38,515 nt of DNA, from contig NC_068982.1 of the NCBI RefSeq assembly GCF_001194135.2, positions 89,507,421-89,545,935 of the forward strand. The letters are read 5' to 3'. The notes beneath the pieces are model-generated. The model saw nothing but the letters and a program-made list of their open reading frames with translations, made no database searches and was not told where the DNA came from. A program made the position numbers and the translations under genes. This stretch comes from Octopus bimaculoides. Lineage: Eukaryota. How positions within the stretch are numbered: the first letter of the stretch is position 1; each line of letters begins with the position of its first letter. This document shows, piece by piece, positions 23,926 through 36,186 of the stretch.

Positions 23926-25474
23926 AGAAAATGTGTTTGTGTATGTGTGTGTATACATATATGTATATGTTTGTGTGTGCATGCATGCGCACACACACAC
24001 ACACACATATACATACATGCACATAGTGAAGACAGCTGCATAAAGTAGTGCCAACTGCTTAAAGTGGATGGAAGATGACAGGACTGAGATGACTGGTGAT
24101 TTGCTATGCTCAAAAAGACCCATCTTACAGCAGAAATGATATCCTAAAATCACCTTGGTTATGTTTGTTCATGTGTGTGTGTGTGTGGGGGGGGGAGCCT
24201 CTCTTCTCTCTCTTTCTCTCTCTCTTTCTGCTCTGTGAAGTATTTTACCCTCATCTCATCCCTTAACACTCATCAATCTCTATGGTACTACTCAGCTGTT
24301 GATATCACCTGAGAGCAGAATAGGCACATATTACACCCTCCCCTCTTTTCCGGTTTCTTCCTTCCCTTGGAACCACTTCCACTTCACATTATCATTTGTG
24401 TCAACACTTTCTCCCCCAGTCACCTCCCTCTTGTGCCTTCAGCCTTTGCTCTCCTCTGCTACACTCCATTCATAACACCTCTCTTCCATGCTATTGCTCT
24501 CAGTGAGCTCTCACATCTACCGTCACACCCCAATTACCATAGAACTCTCCCTACTCTGAGCCACTCCTATATTCCCCACCATCATTTGCTACATTCACCT
24601 CTACCCCCATATTTCTCCCTCTTCCACCCCTGCAGTCTACTTTATGTTGAGATGCTCCAGCATCCTGCCACCTCTTCTGTCTTAATTCCAGTTTTCCAAC
24701 TCTTTGGCTCTATCCCTATCATTACAAAACATCTGGGCTTGTTCTTCTCTCACACTCTAATCTCACAATGCATGGCATAAACCATTGCCTACCCAACACT
24801 CAAATACTACACCTCTCCCCACTGCATAGTTAAAGAGGCTCTTCCTTCTTTTCCTTTCCCTTCTTTTTTCTTCCTTTCTTTTCTTGTGAGTTACTTGGCA
24901 ACCTCACTAGTGTCAGTGGCGGGACAAAAGCACCCACTACACTCTGTAAAGTGGTTGGTGTTAGGAAGGGCATCCAGCCATGGAAACCATGCTAAAGCTG
25001 ACACTGAAACTCAGCATGGCCTTACAGCATGTCAGATCCTGTCAAAATCATGCAACTCATGCAAGCATTGGAAATCATCATATTGATGATGATGATGCCT
25101 ACTACAGACATGAAAATTTCAAAGTAACAGAAACAGTGCTTGTCTGCCATCAAAATATTAGACTTTTACTGAATTATTAATCTGTTACCCTGCCTTGAAG
25201 GTTATCAGATAATTTTTAAAACAATTTAAACAATTAGAGCAAAAGGCCAACAGCTTTGGGGATGGTGGTGGGGGAGTAAGTTGATTTATATTGATCCCCA
25301 GTGCCCAACTGTTAGTATTTTATCAACATCAAAAGGATGAAAGGCAATGTTGAACTTGGCAGAACTTAAACTCAGAATATAAGGAGCTGGAAGAAATGCT
25401 ATATTCTTTCTGATGTGAATAATAGACATGAAACAAACCAAAACATTATTATCATGTTATGTCGTTTATCTTAC

Positions 25475-25577
25475 CAGGACGCAAATGTTTGAGTGGAATT
25501 ATTCGCTGCAGGACCATATGGCCAGTACTGGTGTCAATGACGAGGAAACGGATGAATGCCAGATCAACAAACATAAT
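25475..25577 (-). CDS. PLCE1: PLC-epsilon exon, C2 domain: IMFVDLAFIRFLVIDTSTGHMVLQRIIPLKHLRP(G); absent from the ORF track
   Basis: Acceptor tattcttttttccttag|, donor G|GTAAGA. 103 nt, phase 0 to 1. Motif DLAFIRF.V.D...QRIIPLK.LRPG. Confidence 0.95.
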
Positions 25578-25841
25578 CTAAGGAAAAAAGAATATAGAAT
25601 AACAATGATGATAATGATAGCAGTAACACAAATCGAATGGCTGTTAATATAAGAATTATATTTTAACATAGTAGAAAATAAGAGTTATGCAAAGTGAATA
25701 CATGTGTTACCTGCATATGAAAGTGTATTTACATGGTTGTGGCTGGTGTCATGTAAATAGTACCCATGCCGGTGGCACGTAAAAGCACCCCTTACACTCC
25801 TGGAATAGTTGGCACTAGGAAAGGCATCCACCTCTAGAAAC

Positions 25842-25897
<56 letters not shown>

Positions 25898-25985
25898 CTT
25901 AGGCATTGTGAAACTAATAACCTGGTGTAGAACTCAATATATATATATGCTTCAGAATGAAGTATTAGCTGAGTACAGAGTGGTA

Positions 25986-26246
25986 ATAAGAAAATAAGAC
26001 GACAAAGGAATAAACGATTGTCTTATGAACTTCATTAGCTTACAGCTGTTTCTGCATTAAGATACAGTAGACTCAGAGTTGAGTGCCTGAGTAACACCTT
26101 GTAGCCTCCAAGGCTCTGATGAAGCTATAAGATGGTTAGTCAAGCACTCAACTATGAGTCCACTGCATCTTTTATAGCAGAAACAGTTGCAAGCTAATGA
26201 AGCTCATAAGATAATCATATTTTCCTTTGTGTTCTCATTTTCTTAT
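25986..26246. mobile_element. Second, unrelated fold-back element with a hammerhead-like core
   Basis: Arms 25986-26105 and 26124-26246 are imperfect reverse complements. The 18-nt loop contains GGCTCTGATGAA. Confidence 0.88.
26112..26195 (+). ncRNA. Degenerate type I hammerhead motif with extended helix II
   Basis: GGCT-CTGATGA-A-GCTATAAGATG...CATCTTTTATAGC-A-GAAA-CAGTTGC-A-AGCT. The left arm (minus strand, 26037-26052) keeps the perfect GAAACAGCTGTAAGCT. Confidence 0.55.
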
Positions 26247-26647
26247 AGATATAAAACAATGTGTGCCTACATAAAAAGCATGAGGAGAAGCTGATGGTGA
26301 TATGTGTGTGAATGTTATTTCCACATATCCTCATTAACACTACCACAGCCAAAACAGTGTCTTTTTTTTTATATTCTAAGGTAAGCAGAAGTCGCATTGT
26401 TTCAGCAGCTTTATTACTTTTGATATATGAAGACCAGTGGGACGAAAATTTCTTAATTGAAATGCAGAAAAACTATTTTGCTGTAAAAAAATTTACCTCA
26501 ACGAGTTTCTTCAAACCCATGTTAGTATAGAAAAATATTTGTTTAAACAATGATGATATTGATTATGTGTGTATGGATATATTTACACACACACACTATA
26601 AATATATATATACAAATGCATACATACACATATATCATATATATATA

Positions 26648-28147
26648 CAGGGTGTTTCAACAAATTTGATGTCATTTCACAATCTAATAACTTTGTCAAT
26701 TCTTGTTCAAATGATTTCAAAGTTTAACAGCATATGTAGAAACAGGTCAAAATTTTATGTTTAGTGTTTGATATGTTTATCTTTTCAGGTATAGAAATGG
26801 CATTCACTGGAAGAGAAAAGACATTTTGTGTGTTGGAGTATGCTCGAACACAGTTGAACAGTACTGTGCTGCTTGCATTTGTGAGAGTGTTCTCTAAAAA
26901 AGTCACCAACAGCAATGCAGATTGGACATGGCACAAAAAATTCAGAGAGGAAGGCTATCTNNNNNNNNNNTTGTGTGTTGGAGTATGCTCGAACACAGTT
27001 GAACAGTACTGTGCTGCTTGTATTTGTGAGAGAGTTCTCTAAAAAAGTCACCAATAGCAATGCAGATTGGACATGGCACAAAAAATTCAGAGAGGAAGGC
27101 TATCTGTGCAAGGCAAAAGGATCTGGACGGCTACTAACATCATAAGAGGCGGTCAAGCAGGTTTGCCAAAAACTCTTGTGAAACCCCGAGAAGTCTATAA
27201 CAAGAACAAGGCTGGAAACCTGGATTCCTCCAACGACCATTTGGTGCATCTTGAGGAAACACTTGCGAATGAAACCCTACAAGCTGCAGTTCATTCAGGT
27301 GATAACTGAAGATGACAAGTGAAAGCACAGACAGTTCTGTGTTGATATGGAAGAGAAACTTGATGAAGTCAAGTTCAAGGAATGTCTTGTTTTCAGTGAT
27401 GTGGCCACATTTCATATGAATAAGCATAATGTTCGCATTTGGGGTGAAGAAAATCCCCATGTCACAATTGAGCACAAGAGGGACTCACCAAAAGAGAATG
27501 TGTTCTGCGCCATCTCCAAGAAGCATCTTCATGGCCTGTTTTTCTTTGAAGGAGATGTGACTGGCGATGTTTATCTGCAAATGCTTCAGAACTGGCTAAT
27601 GGATGAGCTCATTGCAAATGAACATGAAAACTTCATTTTTCAACAGGACGGAGCTCCACCACACTGGAAGCTCACTGTGCAAGCTTATCTCAATGATGAT
27701 CTGTAAGGGAGATGGATCGAGTGTGCTGGTGATGAAGACAATGTGCTGTTGAAATGGCCACCACGTTCACCTGACCTGACACCTTGCGATTGTTTTCTCT
27801 GCGACTATGTGAAGGGCCTGGTCTATGTCCCCCATCTTCCTGCAAACTTAGAGGAACTCAAGCACAGAATCACTACCACACTGGACACTGTTACCCAAGA
27901 CATGCTGCAGCATGTTTGGGAGGAGCTGGACTACCGACTTGACATGTGCCATGTCTCAGGTGGTGTGCATATTGAACGTTTGTGAAATCGTTCATGGAAT
28001 CCACATACCTTTGAATTTCTCATTCAAATTTGGAGGAATAAATCTTTTGTTGCCCAATATTAATCCTGTTTAGTTTGATTTGCTTTGACTATGTAGTTTC
28101 TGTGATATTTACATCTCAAATTATATCAAATTTTTTGAAACACCCTG
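26648..28147 (+). mobile_element. Near full-length, inactivated Tc1/mariner transposon of the rosa/DD41D-related group, with 46-residue D-D spacing
   Basis: TA-flanked ~30-bp TIRs CAGGGTGTTTCAA(C/A)AAATTTGAT. Transposase pseudogene from 26798 (MAFTGREKTFCVLEYART) to 27985 with FSDVATFH, NVRIWG.ENPH, QQDGAPPH and WPPRSPDLTPCD motifs. Several in-frame stops. Confidence 0.95.
26798..27985 (+). pseudogene. Disrupted DDD transposase of the above element
   Basis: Consecutive ORFs 26764-, 26915-27145, 27347-27706 and 27743-27985 encode successive parts of one transposase, broken by stops (e.g. 27143-27145, 27704-27706). Confidence 0.93.
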
Positions 28148-29189
28148 TATGTATGTATGTATGTATGTATATATATATATATATGTATGTATATATGTAT
28201 GTATGCATGTATGTATGTATATATAGGCATACATACATATGTCCTCATGTATAAATATATTCATAAATACACACACACACATAATAATGGATAAAAGGAA
28301 AAAAATAAACCAGGATCAAAGAGAAAGTAAGTGAAGTGAAATTGCCAAATGGGTGGGTAATTTTAATATCAGCTGTTGGATTGTCACTATAAATCCACTG
28401 CAGGTAGCAGTTCTTGTCTCTGGATAGACTGTTATATTATGAACCTCACTTCACCTAATTATTGGTAATAGGTTCCAGTGCCATTGGGAAATTATCTGCA
28501 ATAGATTATTGTCTTATCCAGAAGAACATTTTGCCAATCGTTTCTTTCTTTATTTTAATTCTATAGTGCAGTTGGTGGAACCAATTATTTGTCTGTTGTA
28601 GCCAGAGTAGCAAGGGAGTGTCAGTTAATATATATGTATACATTGTCTTTCAAGTCCCTTCCACAAGGTGTTGGTCACTCTGAAGTTACAGTGGAAAACA
28701 ACTTTCCCAAGATGCCACACTGTGGGATTGTACCTAATTCCATGTTGTTGTGAAGCAAATTTCTTAACCACAAAGCCATACCTAATAAGATCAGAATGAA
28801 ATATCAGCTTTATATATCTTTGGTGTTGATCAGTGGATTAACTTCACTTTGTAATACAAATATAAATACATAGAGACACCAACTTATTCTTAAACATACC
28901 CACAAGCACATACATACACATGTGTATGTGTGTGTATAAACGCACATACACACATATATAAATGCACTTACATAAAAATGATAAACATATATTTACACAC
29001 GTGTATATATATACATCTATTTACATGTATATGTATNNNNNNNNNNNNNNNNNNNNNNNNNNNNNNNNNNNNNNNNNNNNNNNNNNNNNNNNNNNNNNNN
29101 NNNNNNNNNNNNNNNNNNNNNNNNNNNNNNNNNNNNNNNNNNNNNNNNNNNNNNNNNNNNTGTACATATATACATACATACACACACAT

Positions 29190-29236
<47 letters not shown>

Positions 29237-29346
29237 ATTTAATTTAACATTACTTTCTAATAGGAGAGAGAGCATACTAATGTGGTCAGTACTCCTTGTT
29301 GACAGAATCATCATGTTTTTTTTTTATCCCATCACTGTCAGTATGA

Positions 29347-29432
29347 TGTTTGAATATGATATCAAATATGTTTGAACATAATATCAAATGTTTGAACATA
29401 ATATCAAATATATTTGTATGAAGTATCAAATA
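29347..29432. repeat. Four tandem ~22-bp units tgtttgaacataatatcaaata
   Basis: Direct reading; each unit has an internal TTTGA/TCAAA inverted repeat. Confidence 0.85.
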
Positions 29433-29743
29433 AACCAGCTGCAATTATTTTACAGTGCAGGAGAAACCAATAACAATTTAATGACTACAGTGGAGTGCAA
29501 AACTAACTGTCAATTAATTGGCAAGTAGTTCATTAACCGAAGTCATTGAAATCTTAATTCATATGTACCAAATTAAGAGAACTGTCCAAAGAAATCAACA
29601 AATTATGGAGAGTTAGCAAGTTAGCAGAGATAGCAATCACAAAATGGAAGAAAATTAAAAAAGATAGCACATGAATTGCAGCCATTGAAAATTATGGTCA
29701 ACTAGTTATAATATTCTTGAGTATAGCCATAAGATTTACGCAC

Positions 29744-29899
29744 CTGAAAATTGAAGACATCATTCCATATAGGGTTTAAGGCATTACGTTGTATAACTTT
29801 GGTTTTGTGTTTTGTACAGTCAACAGGAATACCAATGATTTCTACTTCCACTTGTGTGTGGGCACTCAGACTTGGATTTACATACTGACCTGAGATCAA
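29744..29899 (-). CDS. PLCE1: PLC-epsilon exon, C2 domain: LISGQYVNPSLSAHTQVEVEIIGIPVDCTKHKTKVIQRNALNPIWNDVFNFQ
   Basis: Acceptor tttatttatttctag|, donor CAG|GTGCGT. 156 nt, phase 0-0. PLC C2 motifs ISGQ, VEVEIIGIP.D, NP.WN. Confidence 0.95.
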
Positions 29900-30721
29900 C
29901 TAGAAATAAATAAATTCCACTATGAAAGTATTTCATATTCAGTTATAGAACTTCACATATTTATTAAATTGTTACATAGAGAAACAGGAAGAATTTAAGA
30001 AATTGTATGTAAATGCATATGTTTAATATTAAGGACTATAGTTATTTGAAAATGTCTTTTGCAAAGAAATGGATCTTACAAGTGGAGAATTAATCAATGA
30101 GTATTCCCCTCTTTGTTTTGTAAAAGCAAACTTCTAAGGCTGAACTTGTTAAATAATGTAGAAGAATCTTTAAGGAGATGAACCATTTTTGTCAAAAAAC
30201 AATGGTTCTCAACCATTTGTAGTTCAGTACCCATTTTCATGAAATGGTATTTTACAACTGCCCCTCCCGAGGTAAACTATAATACTCCCTGAAAACTCCT
30301 TAAATGATTATTTCAATCAAACAGAAGCTAATTTTGTGTAGTGGTTTATTATCCATTTTTTCCCCTTATACTAAATTATTCAACTAGTACTCTCATGTTA
30401 AATTTTTATAAACATTACTAAAGAACATGAAGACCTACAGAACAAAATTATATTGGATCTGGCACTTCATCAGTCATGTCTCTACTCACTTTTAACACAA
30501 TTCATACTTACACTCTAATTCCAACTAAGATACTTTTTGAAAAAAATGTGTTTAAAATATGTTGTACTCGGTTTTAAGTATTGTATTCCCAAGAAAAGTC
30601 ATGAACTCTTCCAAATAGCTAAAACTCATCTATAATGTTCTCTTGACATTTACATCCCCTTTATAAGCTCACCACATTTTCCAAGGGTTTGCTGCAGCCT
30701 AAGTTAAGAACTACTACTAGA

Positions 30722-30937
30722 TTAATCCTTTAGCATTCTGATTACCCTGTCAAATGTAATGCTTATTTTGAATTAGCCATGACTTATTGTGTAGTTTTAA
30801 GATTTTGATGAGATGATTATTTATTTTTAGAGTGACATTGCAGGATAAGGTGTAAGAGGCTGGATCTAGTCAGTTTGAACATAAAATGAGCAGAATATTT
30901 GGGTCGGATATGGCCAGTTTAAATGCTAAAGGGTTAA
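30722..30937 (+). mobile_element. piggyBac-type MITE family 1
   Basis: Termini TTAATCCTTTAGCATT ... AATGCTAAAGGGTTAA. Confidence 0.88.
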
Positions 30938-33545
30938 AGAGTTTGTAATCATAATTCAAAGATGCATCAACTTAATATCTTCCCCCCCCCCACCCCAACA
31001 ATAAACCACTTGAGTCCTTCTGGATACTAATATCCATATTTTCCAAGTAGAAGCTGATTTTTCTAATTTATCTTCCCTTTAATTCTGATCAAGCTCAAAG
31101 TGTAATTTATTCTTCATTTTCAAGAATTTTCATGGAATACATCAAATGCAATCTTGTGCAAATGTGGAAAATTGTTTGACCAGCTCAATATAGCAGATAG
31201 TATCTTTAACAAACTGCTTAACATCTTAAAAACTAGAACCATGTCTGAAGTCTTTTTTGATAGACATATTTAACTATGTTAATTAGTTACTGTGTTTAAT
31301 CATATTCAACTTTCCCAAAGATCTACTCTAGAAGAATTAACACAAGCTTCATAACTATCTATTGATATGCTTAATTCTTTATCAGAACTTTTTAAAACAC
31401 CCACTTCTGCACTGAACATTTGTCATTCAGGGTTTTCTCCTTCTATCACTGAGAACCCATCACAATGATAACAATTCTAAAACTTAAATTGATTAATTAT
31501 TTTCTTTTCATGATGCTAATTTCCTGTCATCTCTTTCTACGAGTTTAAGCAGATGTAGTACTATATAAATAATATTACTTATTCAGTCATTCTCTCATTT
31601 ATTAATGTATTTTATAACATAAATCCAGCTGCTGTATTAATATTTCACACAAGTTTCTTTTAGATCAAGCCATTATTGTTCTGGCACTGTATTTCAATAA
31701 TGATATTCAAAAGTAAAGTTTTAACATCATATTTTTGTTTGAAGATGGTTGGCACATTTCCATCACAATAGATTATTTATATTCTCACAGAAAAAAGCAT
31801 GTTTTTACTCTACCAAACTGTAGTTAATTCAGGTTCTTAGAGAAATAACAGTTGTTATTGGATGGAATGAAACACTAGTAGAATTAAAGACCTGGTGTTT
31901 GATGATGTGACATATTTAATACATGGAAACTCAGTTTATTTGAAGTTACTAATTGATTTATTTGGTCAGTACTCTTGCAAACTGATTAGTAGTGCAGAAG
32001 AGGCAGAATGAGGAGACATCAAGTCTGTGGGTCAGAAGATGGAGGATATTGATAAATGGCTTAATTTTAGTCATTAGGGTGGTCTTTTTATGTAGTCCAG
32101 GATGTCTGTCTGTTTGTGGCAACACTGTCCTAGTTATGAGAGCAACAACAGCTTTGCATATACAGATGATTTCATTCCTCTATAATCTTCCATATCCTCC
32201 ACAGTCAAGCTAGATATCACATACCAAACCTACACTAATTTTATGAAGGAACACCTCAAAAGCATCCTCTTGGGGAGACATTGTTAATCCTCCCTCATTC
32301 AACAACAAGAATGTGCATGCCTAACACTGCATCTCACTGTACTTTAAACATGAGCAGCATGTAACAATAGTCCTTAAGTCATTCCAAATGTTAAGCCTCA
32401 GCAAGCTCAGAGGAACATCTTTTTCTGTAGTAGAAGGGACAAGGAGAAATTACAGCCCTTCTGTTGCCCAATGGTTGCTGAATGCTGGTCCTTGAAAGCT
32501 GACTTGAACATGAAGTACATTGACATCCTTCATAAGGCTTCTCCTGTATGAACATTCTGAAACATTTAATCTAAATCTGTTTTCGAAAACTTTAGCTGAT
32601 CCCAAATAAAACCCCAAAGTTACCACTAGCAATTAACTACTCCTTACACTTTGCATCTAAAAGAAGTCATTTAACTGATAATGAACACTATGATGTAGTT
32701 GTAATTTATCAATTCATTAGTTCCACATCAAGTGTACAATCTAGGAACAGAAATGATCCCTCTAAGGCCTCCGCATAATTTCCATTAACCAAATTTAAAC
32801 CCAACAAGGCTTTGTTTATTCTCAAACTGTGAGAGAACACACTTGCTCTAACTAATACCAAGTGGGATTAAAATAAAAAAACATGTAATTGCAAAGTGAT
32901 GTTCTTAGCCATTAGAGCATCAGAGAATGTTTTGTGTATTTGTTCTGGCTCTCAGGACCTGAGTTCAAATCCTGCTGAGATCAACTTTGTCTTGCTTTCT
33001 TTTGGTGTTAACAAAATATCAGTCCAGAATATGGGTTAGTGAAACTGTAAGAACATCAGACTGGATATTCTGTGGTAGTTATTCTAGTTTCTTTTTGCAT
33101 TTTCAGTTCAAATCCTGCTTTGGACTGCTTGGAGGATAGACTCAGTCTATCACATTGTTTAACACCATCACCTGGTGCTGTGAGTTTCTTTAGCTGAGTG
33201 TAAGCATTCAGGTCAGGTCTCTAGTTTGAGGATACTTTCCTCTCTCTTGTCCACTTATCTCAGAGGCCCTCTGAAGGGTCATGGGTACTGCTTTCCCTCC
33301 TGACTATAAAAGATAAAAAGAAAATGACATGCTTGCACCCATGTCTCTTGTCCTAATGTTGTAAATATGTCATTGCTCATAAATGTTGAGATGGTTGGTA
33401 CAGGAAAGTGTTGGACTAATTTTAGTTACGTCTTAAATTTTGAGTTCAAATTTTGCATGTGTTCTTTTGCTTATGTAAATTATGCAGCTGTAAAATGTAA
33501 ATTGTCCTTAACCTATATAAGAAATCTTCACTTGTTTTGCTGATT

Positions 33546-33576
<31 letters not shown>

Positions 33577-33752
33577 TTCTCTTATAGTAAGCCAGATCAA
33601 AAGCATTTTTTAAAAAATTCTTTCTTGAAATATTTTATTCTAAACATTACTATAAATGAGAAAAAACTTGACATCAAAACATCATGCCTTGGTTAAAAGG
33701 AAATTTCTGAAACTGTAAGAAATTGTTAGCCTGACTTAGAAAGAACACTTAC

Positions 33753-33916
33753 ATGAAGTGTGAGCACCGTTGCATGAATCCCATCAAATTCTTTATCAAA
33801 TGGACTGAATCGTGTGTACATTACATGATTCTTATCCCACATAACTTCAGGTTTCAATACTAGTCCACATTTTCTATTCTGTTCAAACAATGTCGTATTC
33901 AGTGCCATGGCTGTAT
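33753..33916 (-). CDS. PLCE1: PLC-epsilon exon, end of Y box into C2: (D)TAMALNTTLFEQNRKCGLVLKPEVMWDKNHVMYTRFSPFDKEFDGIHATVLTLH
   Basis: Acceptor ccccttttattttcag|, donor CAT|GTAAGT. 164 nt, phase 1 to 0. Matches the PLC-epsilon pattern LN..FE.N..CG.VLKP...WDK. Confidence 0.95.
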
Positions 33917-34494
33917 CTGAAAATAAAAGGGGAATATTTTCATATTAAAGTTAATCACTATTCTTTTGAATTATTTTCCAATTAAATGACATGAGATTAA
34001 CTATGATGGAAGGTAATTTTTAAACCACATCAATATTCTACTATATGTAAGCTGTTTGGAGTTTTAGAAATAAGAGATACTAAGAAGGCAATTACTATTT
34101 TCCTTTTCATTATATATCTCTTGTTTCAGGCAGACATAAATAAGGGCTCTGCAAAGTTTTGTAAAGAAGGGCCATCATTTATTGCTATTGTTGTCATATT
34201 GTCCCAAGTCAGCTCTGATGACCTACATCATGCACAAAGCTTAATCATTATGTGTCATTCCCAAATTTTCTATACCTCCACCTAACAAAAGATCATACTA
34301 CACCTTATTTTAATGTATGTACTTTAAGGGCTGGGGAACCAGCACTAATGACTTCTTTTCAATAACTTTAATGCTTGTAAAAGTTAGGTATCCTCAGACT
34401 GGAGACTTGGATCAAATGTTTGGACAATGGTGAGCTGTTGTGAGTAGCTGGTGTGTATCAGTTATGTAAGAATGTGTACTATGTTGTTTTATTG

Positions 34495-34915
34495 GAGGTG
34501 AAACTTGGCTGGCAGAATCAATAAAGAATTGTGTAAAAAAATGCCTTGCAGTATTTCTTCCAGTATAGGTCAACTTTGCTTTTCATCCTTTCAGAGGTTG
34601 ATAAAATAATACACCAGTCAAGTACTTGGGTTGATGCACTTGACTAACCCCTTCTCACTAAAAATCACTGGCCTTGTAACAAAACTTGAAATCATCATCA
34701 TCATCATTATTATTGTTAAGACAGCGAGTTGGCAGAATTGTTAGCACACTGGTGGCATTTCGTCTGTCTTTACGTTCTGAGTTCAAATTCTGCCAAGGTT
34801 GACTTTGTCTTTCATCCTTTTGGGTCAATAAAATAAGTACTAGTTGAGCTCTGGGGATCGATGTAATCGACTTAACCCCTACCCCGAAATTTAAGGCCTT
34901 GTACCTATAGTAGAA
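34495..34915 (+). mobile_element. Two head-to-tail copies of a third short interspersed family; fragments also near 4370-4500 (-), 8670-8810 (+), 12090-12200 (-), 25250-25410 (-), 32900-33030 (+)
   Basis: Recurrent core ctgagttcaaattc.gcc.aggt.gactttg.ctttcatccttt.ggggtcgataaaataagtac. Confidence 0.75.
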
Positions 34916-35183
34916 TATAAATGACTAACCTCTTCCCCTTGAAAAAAATTGCTATATTTAGAGCACTTAGGCACACTTAGTGTTGCCCTGTATTATTTGT
35001 AATTTTGTCACAGGACATTTCATTATTAGCAATTCCTCACGTCTATATTTTTCCTCATCTGTGAAGTCAAGTGCTCTGTTATCATTTCAGTAATCCTTCT
35101 ATCTAGTTTTAAATCTCTAAATAACAATACTAACACCATTTGATATATGAAATCTGCTCAAAGATTACAAATATTGATTCATA

Positions 35184-35800
35184 GGTGCAGGCATGGCTAT
35201 GCAATAAAAAGCTTGCTTCCCAACCACCTGTTTCTGGGTTCAGGCTCACTGTATGACACCTTGGGCAAGGGTCTTCTACTATACCTTCAGACTGACCAAG
35301 TCCCTGTGAGTAGTTGGTCTTTGGAAGGGCATCCAGCTGCAAAAAAAAACCATGCCAAAACTGACCTCACCTGTGTTGTTGTCACATAAAAAGCACTCAG
35401 TCCACTCTACAGGGTGGTTGGTGTTCGGAAGGGCATCCAGCTATAAAAACTATGCCAAAACAGACTGTAGCCTGGTGTAGTCTTCCACCAGGCCAGCTCT
35501 TGTCAAACTGTCCAACTCATGCCAGAATGGAAGATGGACATTGATGGTGATGATGATGATGATGATGATGCATGTATGTGTCTTTGTGTTTGTTCCCACC
35601 ACTGCTTGGCAACAGTTGTTGGTGTGTTTACATCCCCGTAACCTTGCAGTTCAGCAAAAGTAACCAATAGAATAAGTACTAAGCTTAACAAAAAAATGAA
35701 AATAAGTATTGGGGTGAATTCATTTGACTAAAAATTCTCCAAAGCACTGCCCCATCATGGCTGTAGTCTAGTGATTGAAACAAGTAAAAACAAAAAACAA
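35184..35800 (+). mobile_element. Older copy of the same SINE, split by an RTE-3'-type insert at about 35311-35570
   Basis: 35184-35310 aligns to the head of the 5801 SINE and 35572-35800 to its 3' half. The middle ends in (GAT)n. Confidence 0.8.
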
Positions 35801-36186
35801 AAAATCCTGCAAACAAATTACTGATTTTATAAAGAATTTTCTGAATCCACACTCTTGTTTATTCAGTTTTAGTAGTGACCCTAATAAGTCATCCTGTTTA
35901 ACATCAGAGCCTTATTCTTGAGGGCCTTTAACTGAATTCACTCTTATGCAAGCATTCAGACAAAGTTTCCAGGTCCCTCTCTGCTCAGTGTCATTTTATG
36001 AAGACATTGACTTGTAGCTGTCCAGGCTGGGTTTCAGCTCTGCCAATCTCATGTGTCTGAGGCAGAGGACCTGTGTAGATAAAAGATAATATCCCACCTT
36101 CTCTGATGACTTCAACCAAGAAAAAAAAAAAAGACAACTGTATAATTTCAGATCTAAAGTTTTAGTTTCAAACTCATGCTTCTTAC

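Larger units (their letters stand above)
16679..29160. other. Assembly gaps (N runs) at 16679-16804, 18771-19442, 21710-21956, 26961-26970, 29037-29160
   Basis: Direct reading; most are flanked by (TA)n/(TG)n microsatellites. No coding exon is needed from these gaps to complete the reading frame. Confidence 0.99.

Noticed and set aside
26826-27105. 135-bp tandem duplication within the transposase 5' region
   Set aside because: The two copies flank a 10-N gap and differ at only 3 positions, which is typical of unmerged haplotypes or overlapping contig ends. Assembly artefact.
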